This document shows, in pieces, positions 30,020-39,565 of a stretch of DNA of 64,000 nucleotides (the stretch's first letter is position 1; every line of letters begins with the position of its first letter). Position numbers and translations under genes: made by a program. The notes below the pieces were generated by a model. The model did not search any database, was not told the DNA's origin, and was given only the letters and a program-made list of their open reading frames with translations. The stretch covers positions 320,001-384,000 of the forward strand of contig CAVSGI010000006.1 in assembly GCA_963727445.1 (NCBI GenBank), given 5' to 3'. Source of the stretch: an uncultured delta proteobacterium. Lineage in GTDB: Bacteria; Myxococcota_A; Polyangia; Polyangiales; B10-G4.

Positions 30020-30164
30020 GGCGGGCACCATAGACCACTTCTCTTTCGGGGGTGGCGGCTGAGCGTGGGCCGTCCTTCCTCCCGGCAGGGCCCTTCGGGG
30101 GCCAGGCCCTGACGCTCGCAATCGGATTGCCGCATCGGGCCAGATTCCGATACGATTTCGGCCC

Positions 30165-31391
30165 GTGAGCCGCGCTTGTCCCCAGTGCCGCACCGTCTAT
30201 CCGGACGAGGTTTTCTTCTGTGGCGAGGACGGGACCATCACGGTGCAGGTCCAGGACCCCTCCGACCCCGATGCACGCCTCGGCACGCGCCTCGGCGGTT
30301 ACATCGTCGTCGCCCGCGTGGCCGATGGCGCGATGGGACGCGTGTACGAAGGCAGGCACCCCGAGACCAAGGAGCGGGTGGCCATCAAGGTGCTCCACGC
30401 CGACGTCGCGCGCGACACGGTCTCGGTGGAGCGATTCAAGCGCGAGTACGAGACCGCGGCCGAATTCCACCACCCGAACATCGTCGCCGTGCTGGAGTTC
30501 GGTGAGACCGGTGACGGAAGTTACTTCCTCACCATGGAGTACCTCGAGGGCGAAGAGCTCGGTGAGCTGCTCCGACGCGAGGGCGCCATCCCCCGCGAGC
30601 GCGTGGTGCGCATCGTGACTCAGCTCAGCCTGGCGCTCGACTACGCGCACTCCTTCGGGGTGATCCACCGCGACCTCAAGCCGGACAACGTCTTCCTCTG
30701 CCAGAGCCCCGACGGCGACGTGGTCCGCGTGCTCGATTTCGGCTCGGTGAAGCTGCAGATGGAGATGGGACCGAAGCTCACCGCCTTCGGGACGACGCTC
30801 GGCTCGCCGTACTACATGTCGCCGGAGCAGGCGATGGGGAAGCAGGACGTCGATCAGCGCACGGACATCTTCGCCGTCGCCGCGATCCTCTTCGAGATGT
30901 GCACCGGCAAGATCGCCTTCGAGGGCAGCACCGTCGCCGAGATTCTCATGAAGATCGTCAACGGCACACCGCCCATGGCGAGCCAGGTGCGTCCGGGCGT
31001 TCCGCCCGGTCTCGACGACGTCATCCAGACCGGGCTCCGCAAGGACAAGGCTCAGCGCTACGAGAGCTGCGCCGCGCTGGCCCACGCCGCGCTCATGGCC
31101 TACGGGATCGATGGCAGCGTCGAGGAGATCGCGACCACGCCCGCGAGCGCCCTCACCGAGCGTCTCTCCCACGTCAAGGCGCCTGTGGTGCCGCCCGGCC
31201 AGACGCCCCTCGACCTGCCCGCGAATCTGCGGCCCTCCGACGGTGGGGCACCCCTCGGCTCCCTTCCGCCCAACACCGCGCAGGTGCCGACGTCGGCGCC
31301 CTCGCCGGCTCTGTTGATCGGCCTCGGCGTGGCGATCCTCGGGATCGTGCTCCTGGGGATCGTCGTGGTGGCGCTAGTCATCCTGCGCTGA
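30165..31391 (+). CDS. Membrane-anchored Ser/Thr protein kinase with N-terminal Zn-ribbon
   Basis: CPQC..FCGEDG; GAMGRVY, VAIK, HRDLKPDN, DFG, YMSPEQ; C-terminal TM. Confidence 0.95.
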   Translation: MSRACPQCRTVYPDEVFFCGEDGTITVQVQDPSDPDARLGTRLGGYIVVARVADGAMGRVYEGRHPETKERVAIKVLHADVARDTVSVERFKREYETAAEFHHPNIVAVLEFGETGDGSYFLTMEYLEGEELGELLRREGAIPRERVVRIVTQLSLALDYAHSFGVIHRDLKPDNVFLCQSPDGDVVRVLDFGSVKLQMEMGPKLTAFGTTLGSPYYMSPEQAMGKQDVDQRTDIFAVAAILFEMCTGKIAFEGSTVAEILMKIVNGTPPMASQVRPGVPPGLDDVIQTGLRKDKAQRYESCAALAHAALMAYGIDGSVEEIATTPASALTERLSHVKAPVVPPGQTPLDLPANLRPSDGGAPLGSLPPNTAQVPTSAPSPALLIGLGVAILGIVLLGIVVVALVILR

Positions 31392-33281
31392 GGCGGCGGC
31401 GACGAAGTCGTTGCCCCTCAGGGTCAACAGCCGCGTGGCCCGGAGCGGTCCTCTGCTCGCGGAGAAGCCCCCGCTCGGCGCCGCCGTCGGCGCCCGCACG
31501 TCGGTCAGCCGGGCCGCCAGGTCGGGGCGGGTGGTGGCGCCCGCGTCCACGCCGCGCCGGATAAGGCTCACCGCGTCGTATGCCCACGCCGCGAATCCGT
31601 CGGGCTCGGTTCCATAGCGCTCCATGAAGGCGTCGGCGAAGGTTCGGCCGGTTCCGCTCTCCACCGGCGCCCAGAAGGGGACCGAGAAGAGCGCACCCTG
31701 CAGGTAGCGCCCGGTGCTTCGCGGCAGCGTCGGCGCGAAACCGACGCTCGGAACGAGCAAGGTGATCGCGTGCGCGTCGCCGGGAGCGCTGCCGCCCGCC
31801 GGCACGCTCCACAGACCGCCGCTGGCCAGCGCGGGCGCGATCAACGCGACCTTCGCAGAGGCGTCAGCGACGAAGAGCGCGTCGAAGCGCTCGTGGCGCA
31901 ACTGGGTGATGGCCGGGCCGAAGGCCGTCGCGGTCGGCTCGTAGCTCGCCTGCGCCACGACCTGGCCACCGGCGCTGCCGACGCTCGCGACGAAGGACTC
32001 GGCCATGGTGGTACCGAAGGGGGAGTCGGGGCGAAGCACGGCGAAGCGGGTCGCGCCGCGGGCGCGGGCCGCGGCCACCAGCGCGTCGGTCTCTCCGCGT
32101 GGGGTGACGAACATGCGGTGCACCATCGGCCCGATCTCCGTGAGATCCGCGTTGGGCGAGAGCACGACGAGCGGCACGCCCAGCTCCTGGGCGCGGCGCG
32201 CGGCCGCCTCCGAAGTGGGGCCCGCCAGGGGACCTACGATCGCGATCACCCGGTGGAGCGAGACGAGGTCCTCCACCGCGGCGACCGCGCGCGCTGGGTC
32301 GCCCCCATCGTCGCGAAAGACAATCTGGGGCGCGTCTCCGCTCGTCGGTCCGCGGAAGGGCGCACCGGCCGCGAGCATCATGCCCTTGAGCGCGAGCTGG
32401 CCGACCTCGCGGCCGCGACCGGAGAGCGGCAGGATCGCGCCGATGGTGCGTGGGTCCGCTTCCTGGGTGCGGTCGGCGCGGACCGCCATCGAGGTCAACT
32501 CCTCGTCGAGCTCGATCCCCTCGAGCCGAAGCGCCTCCGCCAGCGCGTGCACCCGCGCCATGTCGCCCACTTCGTAGGACTGGCGGAGCGCGCGCTGTGC
32601 GACGAGGGGCCAGGCCGCGCCGTCGTGGGGGAGCTGGTCGGCGGCGCGCTGGATCTCCTCGGGTGCGTGCGGCTGCTCCACCAGCTCCGCGATGCGCACC
32701 CGCGCGGCTTCTTTCTCCTCGTCGGGAACCGGCGCGCGCGTGAGCGAGTCGAGCGCCTCGATGGCGCCGACCGCGTCGCCGAGCTGATCCGACGCGGCGG
32801 CGATGGTCTGCAGGAGGATGGTGGTCTCGGTGGGGTCGGCGGTGCGTCCGACGAAGGGCGTGAGGACGTCGAGGGCCGCCTGATACTCCCCCATCAAATG
32901 CAGCGCGACGCCGTCGTAGAAGCGCCCCTTCTCCGCCACCGCGGCGTCGGGATGCGAGGAGACCACCCCAAAGTGCTCGCGCGCCTCCGCCGGCTCTCCT
33001 TCCGACAAGAGGATGCGCCCGAGACCGAGGTGGGCGATGGGGGCGAGGGGATCGTCGCCTCGCTCCGCCAAGAAGCGCGTGAAGCGCGCCTTGGCGTCGG
33101 CGGTCTCACCAGCCGCCAGCGCCGCTTTGGCCGCGTCCATCTCCGCCTCTGCCTGCGGGTCCTCGGTGGTGAGGGCGGGCAGATCGAGGGTGGCCTCGGG
33201 CGAGGCGTGGGGGCAGCCGAGGGCGAGGGTGACCAAGCAGGCGAGGATCGCCATCGATACCAGCCTGTGCCAGAGGTCCAT
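31374..33281 (-). CDS. TPR + periplasmic-binding-fold lipoprotein (LppC/LpoA-like penicillin-binding-protein activator family)
   Basis: LALGC lipobox, TPR-like helices, IGAILPLSG, IAIVGPL, AWAYDA. Confidence 0.75.
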   Translation of the reverse strand: MDLWHRLVSMAILACLVTLALGCPHASPEATLDLPALTTEDPQAEAEMDAAKAALAAGETADAKARFTRFLAERGDDPLAPIAHLGLGRILLSEGEPAEAREHFGVVSSHPDAAVAEKGRFYDGVALHLMGEYQAALDVLTPFVGRTADPTETTILLQTIAAASDQLGDAVGAIEALDSLTRAPVPDEEKEAARVRIAELVEQPHAPEEIQRAADQLPHDGAAWPLVAQRALRQSYEVGDMARVHALAEALRLEGIELDEELTSMAVRADRTQEADPRTIGAILPLSGRGREVGQLALKGMMLAAGAPFRGPTSGDAPQIVFRDDGGDPARAVAAVEDLVSLHRVIAIVGPLAGPTSEAAARRAQELGVPLVVLSPNADLTEIGPMVHRMFVTPRGETDALVAAARARGATRFAVLRPDSPFGTTMAESFVASVGSAGGQVVAQASYEPTATAFGPAITQLRHERFDALFVADASAKVALIAPALASGGLWSVPAGGSAPGDAHAITLLVPSVGFAPTLPRSTGRYLQGALFSVPFWAPVESGTGRTFADAFMERYGTEPDGFAAWAYDAVSLIRRGVDAGATTRPDLAARLTDVRAPTAAPSGGFSASRGPLRATRLLTLRGNDFVAAASAQDD

Positions 33282-34402
33282 CAGTCGGGCAAATTCCCCG
33301 CCGACCGCGCCATGAGCTCGGCGAATCCCAGCGTCCGTACCCCGGCCTTTTCGAAGGCTCGCCGCGAGGCCGGGCAGGGGCTGACGATCACGCCTCCGCC
33401 CGCCAGCGCGAGGTCGGCGCTCCGCTCCTCTGCGATGGCGCGCGCCGTCTGTGGGGCCGTGCGCGGCAAGAGCCCGCCGGCGCCGCTGCACTCCGCGTGC
33501 TCGTGGTGCTGGTGAAGCTCCCCCACCGGACGTCCCAGGACCCGCGCGAGGGCCTGCCGGGGTGGCTCGTAGATGCCCATGCCCCGGCCCAGGCGGCAGG
33601 GGTCGTGATACCGGACCTCGTCATCTCCGAGATTGACGCGCGATAGACGCGTCAGATTCCCCGCGGCGAGCTCGCTCAGGTGCACGAGCTGGGGTCCGGT
33701 CGCGCTCAGAGGCGCGCCTGCGAGGGCGGGCGCGGTGACCGCGAGCGCGTGAAGACAGCCCGGGTCGGAGAAGACGACGCGCTCGGCGCCGGCCACCTCC
33801 GAGAGAAAGAGCCTGGCGGCGCGGACAAAGCCCTGGGGGTCGCCGGCGTCGAGGAGCGGCAGCCCGCAGCAGCGGCCGGCGACGACGCCCACCTCCTTTT
33901 CGCCACAGAGCGCCTGCGTCGCCGCGGCGCCGGCGCGCGCGTCGTCAGGGGTGACGACGCAACCAGTGCAGCCCGGGGCGTAGAGGGTCTTCGTGCGGCG
34001 GCCGAGCTCCGCGCCGAAGAGCGACTCGGCCTCATGCCGCGCGCGCGCCTCACGCTCGCCGTGCGCGCGCTTCGCCTCGGTCGCCGCCTCGGGCGCCACG
34101 CCCCGCGCGGCGGCTTCGGCCCGCCCCGCGGCGAGGGCGCGCGCCACTTCGTTGTCGTGGTCGCAGAAGGTCTTGCAGCGCATGCAACCAGTGCACGCCC
34201 AGAAGGTCGCGGCGACCTCGCGACCCAGCGGAAGGTTGCCCTCGTCCACGTGATGGAGCGCCGCCATCTTGCCCCAGGGCGTGGTCGTCTCGCGCCCCTG
34301 CACCGTCGACACCGGGCACGCATGCCGGCAGAGCTTGGGGCAGTACGTGCAGTACGTGTGCTCCTTCTCGTGGGGCTCGACGAGCGGGAGGCGGCTCGAC
34401 AT
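33281..34402 (-). CDS. (Fe-S)-binding protein (GlpC/HdrD-like, CCG domains)
   Basis: CTYCPKLCRHACP, CTGCMRCKTFC, CCG, YHDPCRLGR, CSGAGG. Confidence 0.88.
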   Translation of the reverse strand: MSSRLPLVEPHEKEHTYCTYCPKLCRHACPVSTVQGRETTTPWGKMAALHHVDEGNLPLGREVAATFWACTGCMRCKTFCDHDNEVARALAAGRAEAAARGVAPEAATEAKRAHGEREARARHEAESLFGAELGRRTKTLYAPGCTGCVVTPDDARAGAAATQALCGEKEVGVVAGRCCGLPLLDAGDPQGFVRAARLFLSEVAGAERVVFSDPGCLHALAVTAPALAGAPLSATGPQLVHLSELAAGNLTRLSRVNLGDDEVRYHDPCRLGRGMGIYEPPRQALARVLGRPVGELHQHHEHAECSGAGGLLPRTAPQTARAIAEERSADLALAGGGVIVSPCPASRRAFEKAGVRTLGFAELMARSAGNLPD

Positions 34403-34477
34403 GAGAGGGGATCTGACCACACCCGGCCCGAGACCCGCCCTGGTCATCCGTCCCCCTCGGCCGCATAGTCCGCCGCG

Positions 34478-35206
34478 ATGGCGGCCATGCCACGGCGCGA
34501 TCTGGTCCTCGACTCGGCGGAGAAGCTCTCCCCCGGGGTGCGTTCGTTGACCTTTCGCACCGCGGATGGCGCACCCTTTTCGTGGACCGCGGGGCAGTGG
34601 ATCACGCTCTATCTCACCGGGCCGAACGACGGCGAGACGCTGGACCGCAGCTACTCCATCGCCACCGCGCCCGATCCCAGCGCCCCCGACCGCTTCGAGA
34701 TCGCCGTCACCCTGGTGGAGGGCGGCCCGATGTCCACCGCGCTTCACGCCATGGCGCCCGGCGAGCGGATGGCGATGCAGGGGCCCTTCGGCTTCTTCAC
34801 CCTGGACCACGCGCCTCCCGATGCGCCGATGGTCTTCGTCGGGACCGGGACGGGCGTGACGCCGCTGCGCGCGATCCTTCAGGACGAGCTCCGGCGCCGC
34901 AGGACCCGCCCGCTCACGCTGCTCTTCGGCTGCCGAACGAAAGCGGACATCCTCTATCGCGAGGAGCTGGAGGCGCTCGCGTCGGCGCATTCGTGCTTCG
35001 ACTACCACGTCACGCTCTCGCGGCCCGAAGAGGGGTGGTCCGGGCGCCGCGGCTACGTGCAGACCCACCTCGAAGACTTCTGCGCGGATGCGCGCGCCCA
35101 CGTGTACGTCTGCGGGCTCTCGCGGATGGTCAAAGAGGTGCGCGCCACCCTCAAGGAGAGCCTCGGCTACGACCGGAAGCGCATTCACACCGAGCGCTAC
35201 GACTGA
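34478..35206 (+). CDS. Ferredoxin-NAD(P) reductase-type FAD/NAD-binding oxidoreductase
   Basis: RSYSIA, GPFGFF, GTGTGVTP, VYVCG, IHTERY. Confidence 0.9.
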   Translation: MAAMPRRDLVLDSAEKLSPGVRSLTFRTADGAPFSWTAGQWITLYLTGPNDGETLDRSYSIATAPDPSAPDRFEIAVTLVEGGPMSTALHAMAPGERMAMQGPFGFFTLDHAPPDAPMVFVGTGTGVTPLRAILQDELRRRRTRPLTLLFGCRTKADILYREELEALASAHSCFDYHVTLSRPEEGWSGRRGYVQTHLEDFCADARAHVYVCGLSRMVKEVRATLKESLGYDRKRIHTERYD

Positions 35207-35682
35207 GCTCGGAGCGAGACCAGCCGGTCCGCGATCAGGAAGCCCGCCCGGCGGATGTCACGCCGGCACCCTTCGTCGTCCCCGATCCCCCGGAACGCTT
35301 CGATGGCCGCCTCGAGGATGGCGCCGTCCACCTCGCGGGCGCTCAGATCGTCGGCGTCGAGACGTCGGGCGATGGTGAGCGCCGAGAGGGCGGCGGCTGG
35401 TGCGAGATCGGGATCGCGGCCGCGGGCGAGATCGGCGAGGGGGGCCAGGGCCTCTTCGGGGGCGTGCAGCCAGGGGGTCGCGCGGATCGCCGACAGGCGC
35501 GCCCCAACGTCGACCTCCGCGCCGAGCTGCTGGAGCACCGCGGTATCGCCCATCCGCGAGACCGCCCGGGCCAACTCGAGGGGGTCGGTGCTGGTGACCT
35601 CCGAGAGCGGATCGTCCTGGGCGCGGGCGGGCAGGGCCACCACGGCGAGGGCGAGGGCGACGAGGAGCGGGATGCGGCGCAC
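35197..35682 (-). CDS. Hypothetical secreted helical protein
   Basis: Signal MRRIPLLVALALAVVALPARA-QDD; helical-repeat-like content. Confidence 0.6.
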   Translation of the reverse strand: MRRIPLLVALALAVVALPARAQDDPLSEVTSTDPLELARAVSRMGDTAVLQQLGAEVDVGARLSAIRATPWLHAPEEALAPLADLARGRDPDLAPAAALSALTIARRLDADDLSAREVDGAILEAAIEAFRGIGDDEGCRRDIRRAGFLIADRLVSLRAQS

Positions 35683-35802
35683 GGCCCGAGGATGGCGTCC
35701 CCATCGAATGCCGTAAAGGACCTGGATCGGGCGGTGGCCATCCTCCCGGTCCCTCTTGATCCTTGCTACCGCGCGCGATACCACCCGGCCGGGAGGCGTG
35801 GC

Positions 35803-36597
35803 ATGAGGGGAAGCATCTTGGTAGCCGTCGTGGCTCTGATCTCGATCTTCGGGACGATGGGAGCCGAGGCGCAGCGGCGGCCGCGGATTCGAGAGGCCGA
35901 CGTCGAGCAGGCGCTCGGATCCTCGGACCGGGCCGAGATCGAGCAGGGGATCGAGAACGTCGGCTTGTCTGGCAACGCCCGCTTCATTCCGCTCCTCGCA
36001 GCGCGGATCCGAAGAGGGCTTCCACCCGAGCTCCTCGACACCGCCATCGACACCCTCGCCGTCCTCGCGAAGCCCGAGGCGGGAGACGTGCTCTTCGTGT
36101 TGGCGACCCACCGTCGGGCCGAGGTTCGCCAGAAAGCGATCCAGGCGATCGTCGCGTGCGGCCCCGAGGGGGCCGATGCGGTGCTCATCGCAGCGCTCGA
36201 AGATCAATCCCCCGACGTCCGCGCAGCCGCCGCGGTGGGGCTCGGCGAGATCGGCGCGCAGACGGGTACGGGCGCTCTCTTTCATGCGCTCGACCGGAAC
36301 GTCCTCGAGGCCTCCGCCGCGCTCGGTCGGCTGGTGCGTCCGGCGGAGGTCGACCGCGTGCTCGGCTACGTCGGCCAGCTCCCCTTCGACGTGATCACCC
36401 CCGCGCTCACGGAGCTGATCGCCCGCGACGACATGTCGCAGGAAAAGAAGCTCCAGGTCATCGCCCACATCGCCGAGCTCGCGACGCCCGAAGCGGGCGC
36501 GTTCCTCCGAGGGCTGGCGGAGTCCCTGCCCGATAACCGCCGGACCAGCGCGCTTCGAGACGCCGCGAACGCCGCGGCGGAGAGGATCACGCAATGA
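35803..36597 (+). CDS. Secreted HEAT-repeat protein
   Basis: GGAGG RBS; signal ending AEA; EVRQKAIQAI, DVRAAAAVGLGEIG. Confidence 0.75.
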   Translation: MRGSILVAVVALISIFGTMGAEAQRRPRIREADVEQALGSSDRAEIEQGIENVGLSGNARFIPLLAARIRRGLPPELLDTAIDTLAVLAKPEAGDVLFVLATHRRAEVRQKAIQAIVACGPEGADAVLIAALEDQSPDVRAAAAVGLGEIGAQTGTGALFHALDRNVLEASAALGRLVRPAEVDRVLGYVGQLPFDVITPALTELIARDDMSQEKKLQVIAHIAELATPEAGAFLRGLAESLPDNRRTSALRDAANAAAERITQ

Positions 36598-38732
36598 GAG
36601 CCTCCATCGTCACTCTGGCCCTGCTGACCCTCGCCGCCTGCGGTGGCGCGGGTGGTCACGCCGCCTTCGACCTGACCTTCCCCGACAACCGCGCCGAGCA
36701 GCTCGACCCCGTCCTCGCTCGGATCGCGCGCGCTGGCGCGGCGAGCGAGACCCCGGTCGCCGTCTCTCTCGGAGGCACCCCCACCGAGCTGATCGCCCTC
36801 GATCTGGACAGCGGCGAGGTGCTCTGGCGCCAGCCCGCCGAGTCGTCGGTCGCGCCCGCGATAGGTGGACGGCTGGTCTTCACCGACGAAGGCGCCGAGA
36901 TCGTGGCGAGAGACCTCGCGACCGGCACCGTGGTCTTCCGCGAGGAGGACGACGGCTATCCGCTGATCGGCGCGGCTGGGGAGGGCGAGCTCTCGGTGGC
37001 CGTGCTCTCCACCGGTGGCGGCGTGGGCGCGCATTCGAAGCTCATCGTGGCCCGCGGCGGCGACCTCGCGTGGACCAAGAACGTCGACAAGGCCTTCGGG
37101 GCCCCGGCGGTCCGCGCCGGGATGCTCTTTCTGCCGTGGAGCAATCAGAACCTGAGCGCGGTCGACGGTGAGACCGGCGAGGAGCTCGCACGCGTTCGCA
37201 TCTCCAACGAGATCCTCGGACATGCGTTCGTGACCGACGGATCGGTGTACGCGGGGCAGGGGAGCATCTTTCGGCTGACCCCCTCCATCACTCGGGGCAC
37301 GCGCGACGGTGCAGCGTGGTTCGGCGCCAACGTGGGCGAGCTGCCGGGCACCCCCTCTTTCATGCACAACGCCTACGCGCTTCCTCCTTCCCCGCAGAGC
37401 GCCATTCACCGCGTCCGTCTCGATTTCCGGCCGGTGGGCGAAGGTGACGCGGTCTCGCTCTCCGACGGCAACCTCTACTACACCTTCTACCGTCTGGTCT
37501 TCGCCCTCGACCCGGAGACCGGGGACGTGCGTTGGGTGCATCGACACGGCGCCGACGTGGTCGGCGGTAGCGCACAGCCCGGCGGTTTCGCCTTGGCCGA
37601 CGCTGCGGGTGCGGTGACCTTCCTCTCCGCGGCGGACGGGCGTCCGACCTGGAACGCCGAGACAGGCGCCACCACGGTGGTCACCAGCATGCGCCTCGGT
37701 TCCTTCAGCCCCTCCGGCGCGCCCACCGGAGAGGCCGAGAGCCTCGCCGACCAGCTCTCCGCCGCGGCGCAGGTGACGGACGCGCGCCTCACCCCGGCCC
37801 AGGTCTACGCCGTCGGCAAGCTCGCCACCGTCAGCTCCGCCGAGGTCACCGGCAACCTGATCACGCTCTGCGACGGTGGGTCGCTGCCCAACGAGGTTCG
37901 GGAGAACGCGTGCGAGGCGATGGCGCAGCGCGTCGAGGGCCCAGACCAGCTCCTCGCCGCGCTCCAGCGTCACGCGCGCTTCCTCGAGGGGACGACTACG
38001 CCTCCGGTCGGCGCGCTCTCGCGGGCCGCCGCGCGCATGGAGGACCCTCGCGCGGTGCCCCTGCTGATCTCCCATCTTCGCGATCCGGCGACGCCGCTGT
38101 CGGCGATGCCTCCGCTCCTGTCGGCCCTCGGCAGTCTCGGTGAACAGAGCGCGGCCCAGCCGATCCGCGCGTTCCTTCGCCTCTATCACGCCGAGGAGAA
38201 CAGCGACGAGCTCCTCGCCGCCCTCGCGGCCGGCGTCGACGCTTTGGTCGCGCTCGAGGGCCCCGTGGCGCGCGACATCCTCGAGGAGATCGCGGGCGAC
38301 GAGCTCGGCATTCCGCAGCTGCGCGGCAAGGCCCGCGATGCGGTCGCGGCTTTCGACGCGGCGGACGCGGAGGCGGCTGCAGAAGACGAAGAGCGGGACA
38401 CGCCGACCGAGGACGAGGCCGAGGAGGCCGAGGAAGTGGAGGAAGCGGAGGGCGAAGAGGACGATCCCCGTCCCTTGCGCATCACCCAGGAGATCGTCTC
38501 CGACGTCCTCACCCCCGTCTCGCGCGACCTCACGCTCTGCCTGTCGCAGGCCGAGGGGCGGCCCCGTTCGGCGCGGCTCATCCTCCGCCTCGACGGCGAC
38601 GGCGCCATCGAGCACCTCTCGGTGACGCCGGAGCAGGTCTCGGAGTGTGTCTCCGCCCTGGTGCGCGCGCAGACCTTCCCGGCGAACAGGCGGGGCACCC
38701 GCCAGCAGGTCATCTACACCATCCGCCGCTGA
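36594..38732 (+). CDS. Lipoprotein: PQQ-like beta-propeller, HEAT repeats, acidic linker and TonB-C-like C-terminal domain
   Basis: LAAC lipobox; ALDLDSGEVLW, ARDLATGTVVF, AVDGETGEEL, ALDPETGDVRW; C-terminal LRLDGDGAI..CVSALVRAQTFP. Confidence 0.75.
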   Translation: MRASIVTLALLTLAACGGAGGHAAFDLTFPDNRAEQLDPVLARIARAGAASETPVAVSLGGTPTELIALDLDSGEVLWRQPAESSVAPAIGGRLVFTDEGAEIVARDLATGTVVFREEDDGYPLIGAAGEGELSVAVLSTGGGVGAHSKLIVARGGDLAWTKNVDKAFGAPAVRAGMLFLPWSNQNLSAVDGETGEELARVRISNEILGHAFVTDGSVYAGQGSIFRLTPSITRGTRDGAAWFGANVGELPGTPSFMHNAYALPPSPQSAIHRVRLDFRPVGEGDAVSLSDGNLYYTFYRLVFALDPETGDVRWVHRHGADVVGGSAQPGGFALADAAGAVTFLSAADGRPTWNAETGATTVVTSMRLGSFSPSGAPTGEAESLADQLSAAAQVTDARLTPAQVYAVGKLATVSSAEVTGNLITLCDGGSLPNEVRENACEAMAQRVEGPDQLLAALQRHARFLEGTTTPPVGALSRAAARMEDPRAVPLLISHLRDPATPLSAMPPLLSALGSLGEQSAAQPIRAFLRLYHAEENSDELLAALAAGVDALVALEGPVARDILEEIAGDELGIPQLRGKARDAVAAFDAADAEAAAEDEERDTPTEDEAEEAEEVEEAEGEEDDPRPLRITQEIVSDVLTPVSRDLTLCLSQAEGRPRSARLILRLDGDGAIEHLSVTPEQVSECVSALVRAQTFPANRRGTRQQVIYTIRR

Positions 38733-39565
38733 AGCGCGGCGGCCAGCGCGGCGAACTCCTCGACGCTCAGGGTCTCGCCGCGGCGAGACCCGTCGATCCC
38801 CGCGTCCGAGAGGGCGCCATCGACGTGCTCCCTCGCTGCGCTCTTGCGGAGCGCGTTGCGCAGGGTCTTGCGCCGGGTCTCGAAGGCGGCTTTGACGACG
38901 CGACGAAAAGCGTCGCTCTCTTCGGCGCGCGGGGGATCGAGCGGAGTGAGGCGCGCCACGGCGCTGGTCACCCGGGGCGGCGGATGGAAACAGCCCGCCT
39001 TGACGTCCATGACCTTCTCCACCGCGAAGGCGGCCTGGGTGAAGACGCTGAGCACGCCGTAGTCCTTCGTGCCGGGGCGGGCGACCAGACGGTCCCGCAC
39101 CTCGCGTTGCACCATCACCACCGCGAGGGCCAGCGAGGCGCGGTGGGTGACGAGGTTCTTGAGGATCGCTCCGGTGACCGCGTAGGGCAGGTTGCCGACG
39201 ACCTTGATCGGCTTGCCCTCGTCCGCGGCGATGGCGCCGAAGTCGACCTCGGCGGCGTCCGCTTCACGAACCTCCACGCGTCCCGTGCGCCCGAGCTCTT
39301 CGCGCACCACCTCCACCATCTCCGGATCCTTGTCGATGGCGAGGACGCGTCCTTTGCGCCGCACGAGCTCGCCGGTGAGGGTCCCGAGCCCGGGGCCGAG
39401 CTCCACGATGCGCTCGCCCTCCTCGAGCATCGTCGCGTCGGCGATGCGTTCCACCACCGCGCGCGCGACCAGGAAGTTCTGGCTCATGCGCTTCTTGGGG
39501 CTCAGCGCATGGCGTCCGAGGACGCGCCGCGGATTCTCGAAGGGCGGCGGGTCCGAATTGCTCAC
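38714..39565 (-). CDS. rsmA: 16S rRNA m6,2A dimethyltransferase
   Basis: KKRMSQNFL, VELGPGLGTLT, VGNLPY, MVQREV, YGVLSV, FHPPPRVTS, RRKTLRNAL. Confidence 0.95.
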   Translation of the reverse strand: MSNSDPPPFENPRRVLGRHALSPKKRMSQNFLVARAVVERIADATMLEEGERIVELGPGLGTLTGELVRRKGRVLAIDKDPEMVEVVREELGRTGRVEVREADAAEVDFGAIAADEGKPIKVVGNLPYAVTGAILKNLVTHRASLALAVVMVQREVRDRLVARPGTKDYGVLSVFTQAAFAVEKVMDVKAGCFHPPPRVTSAVARLTPLDPPRAEESDAFRRVVKAAFETRRKTLRNALRKSAAREHVDGALSDAGIDGSRRGETLSVEEFAALAAALQRRMV

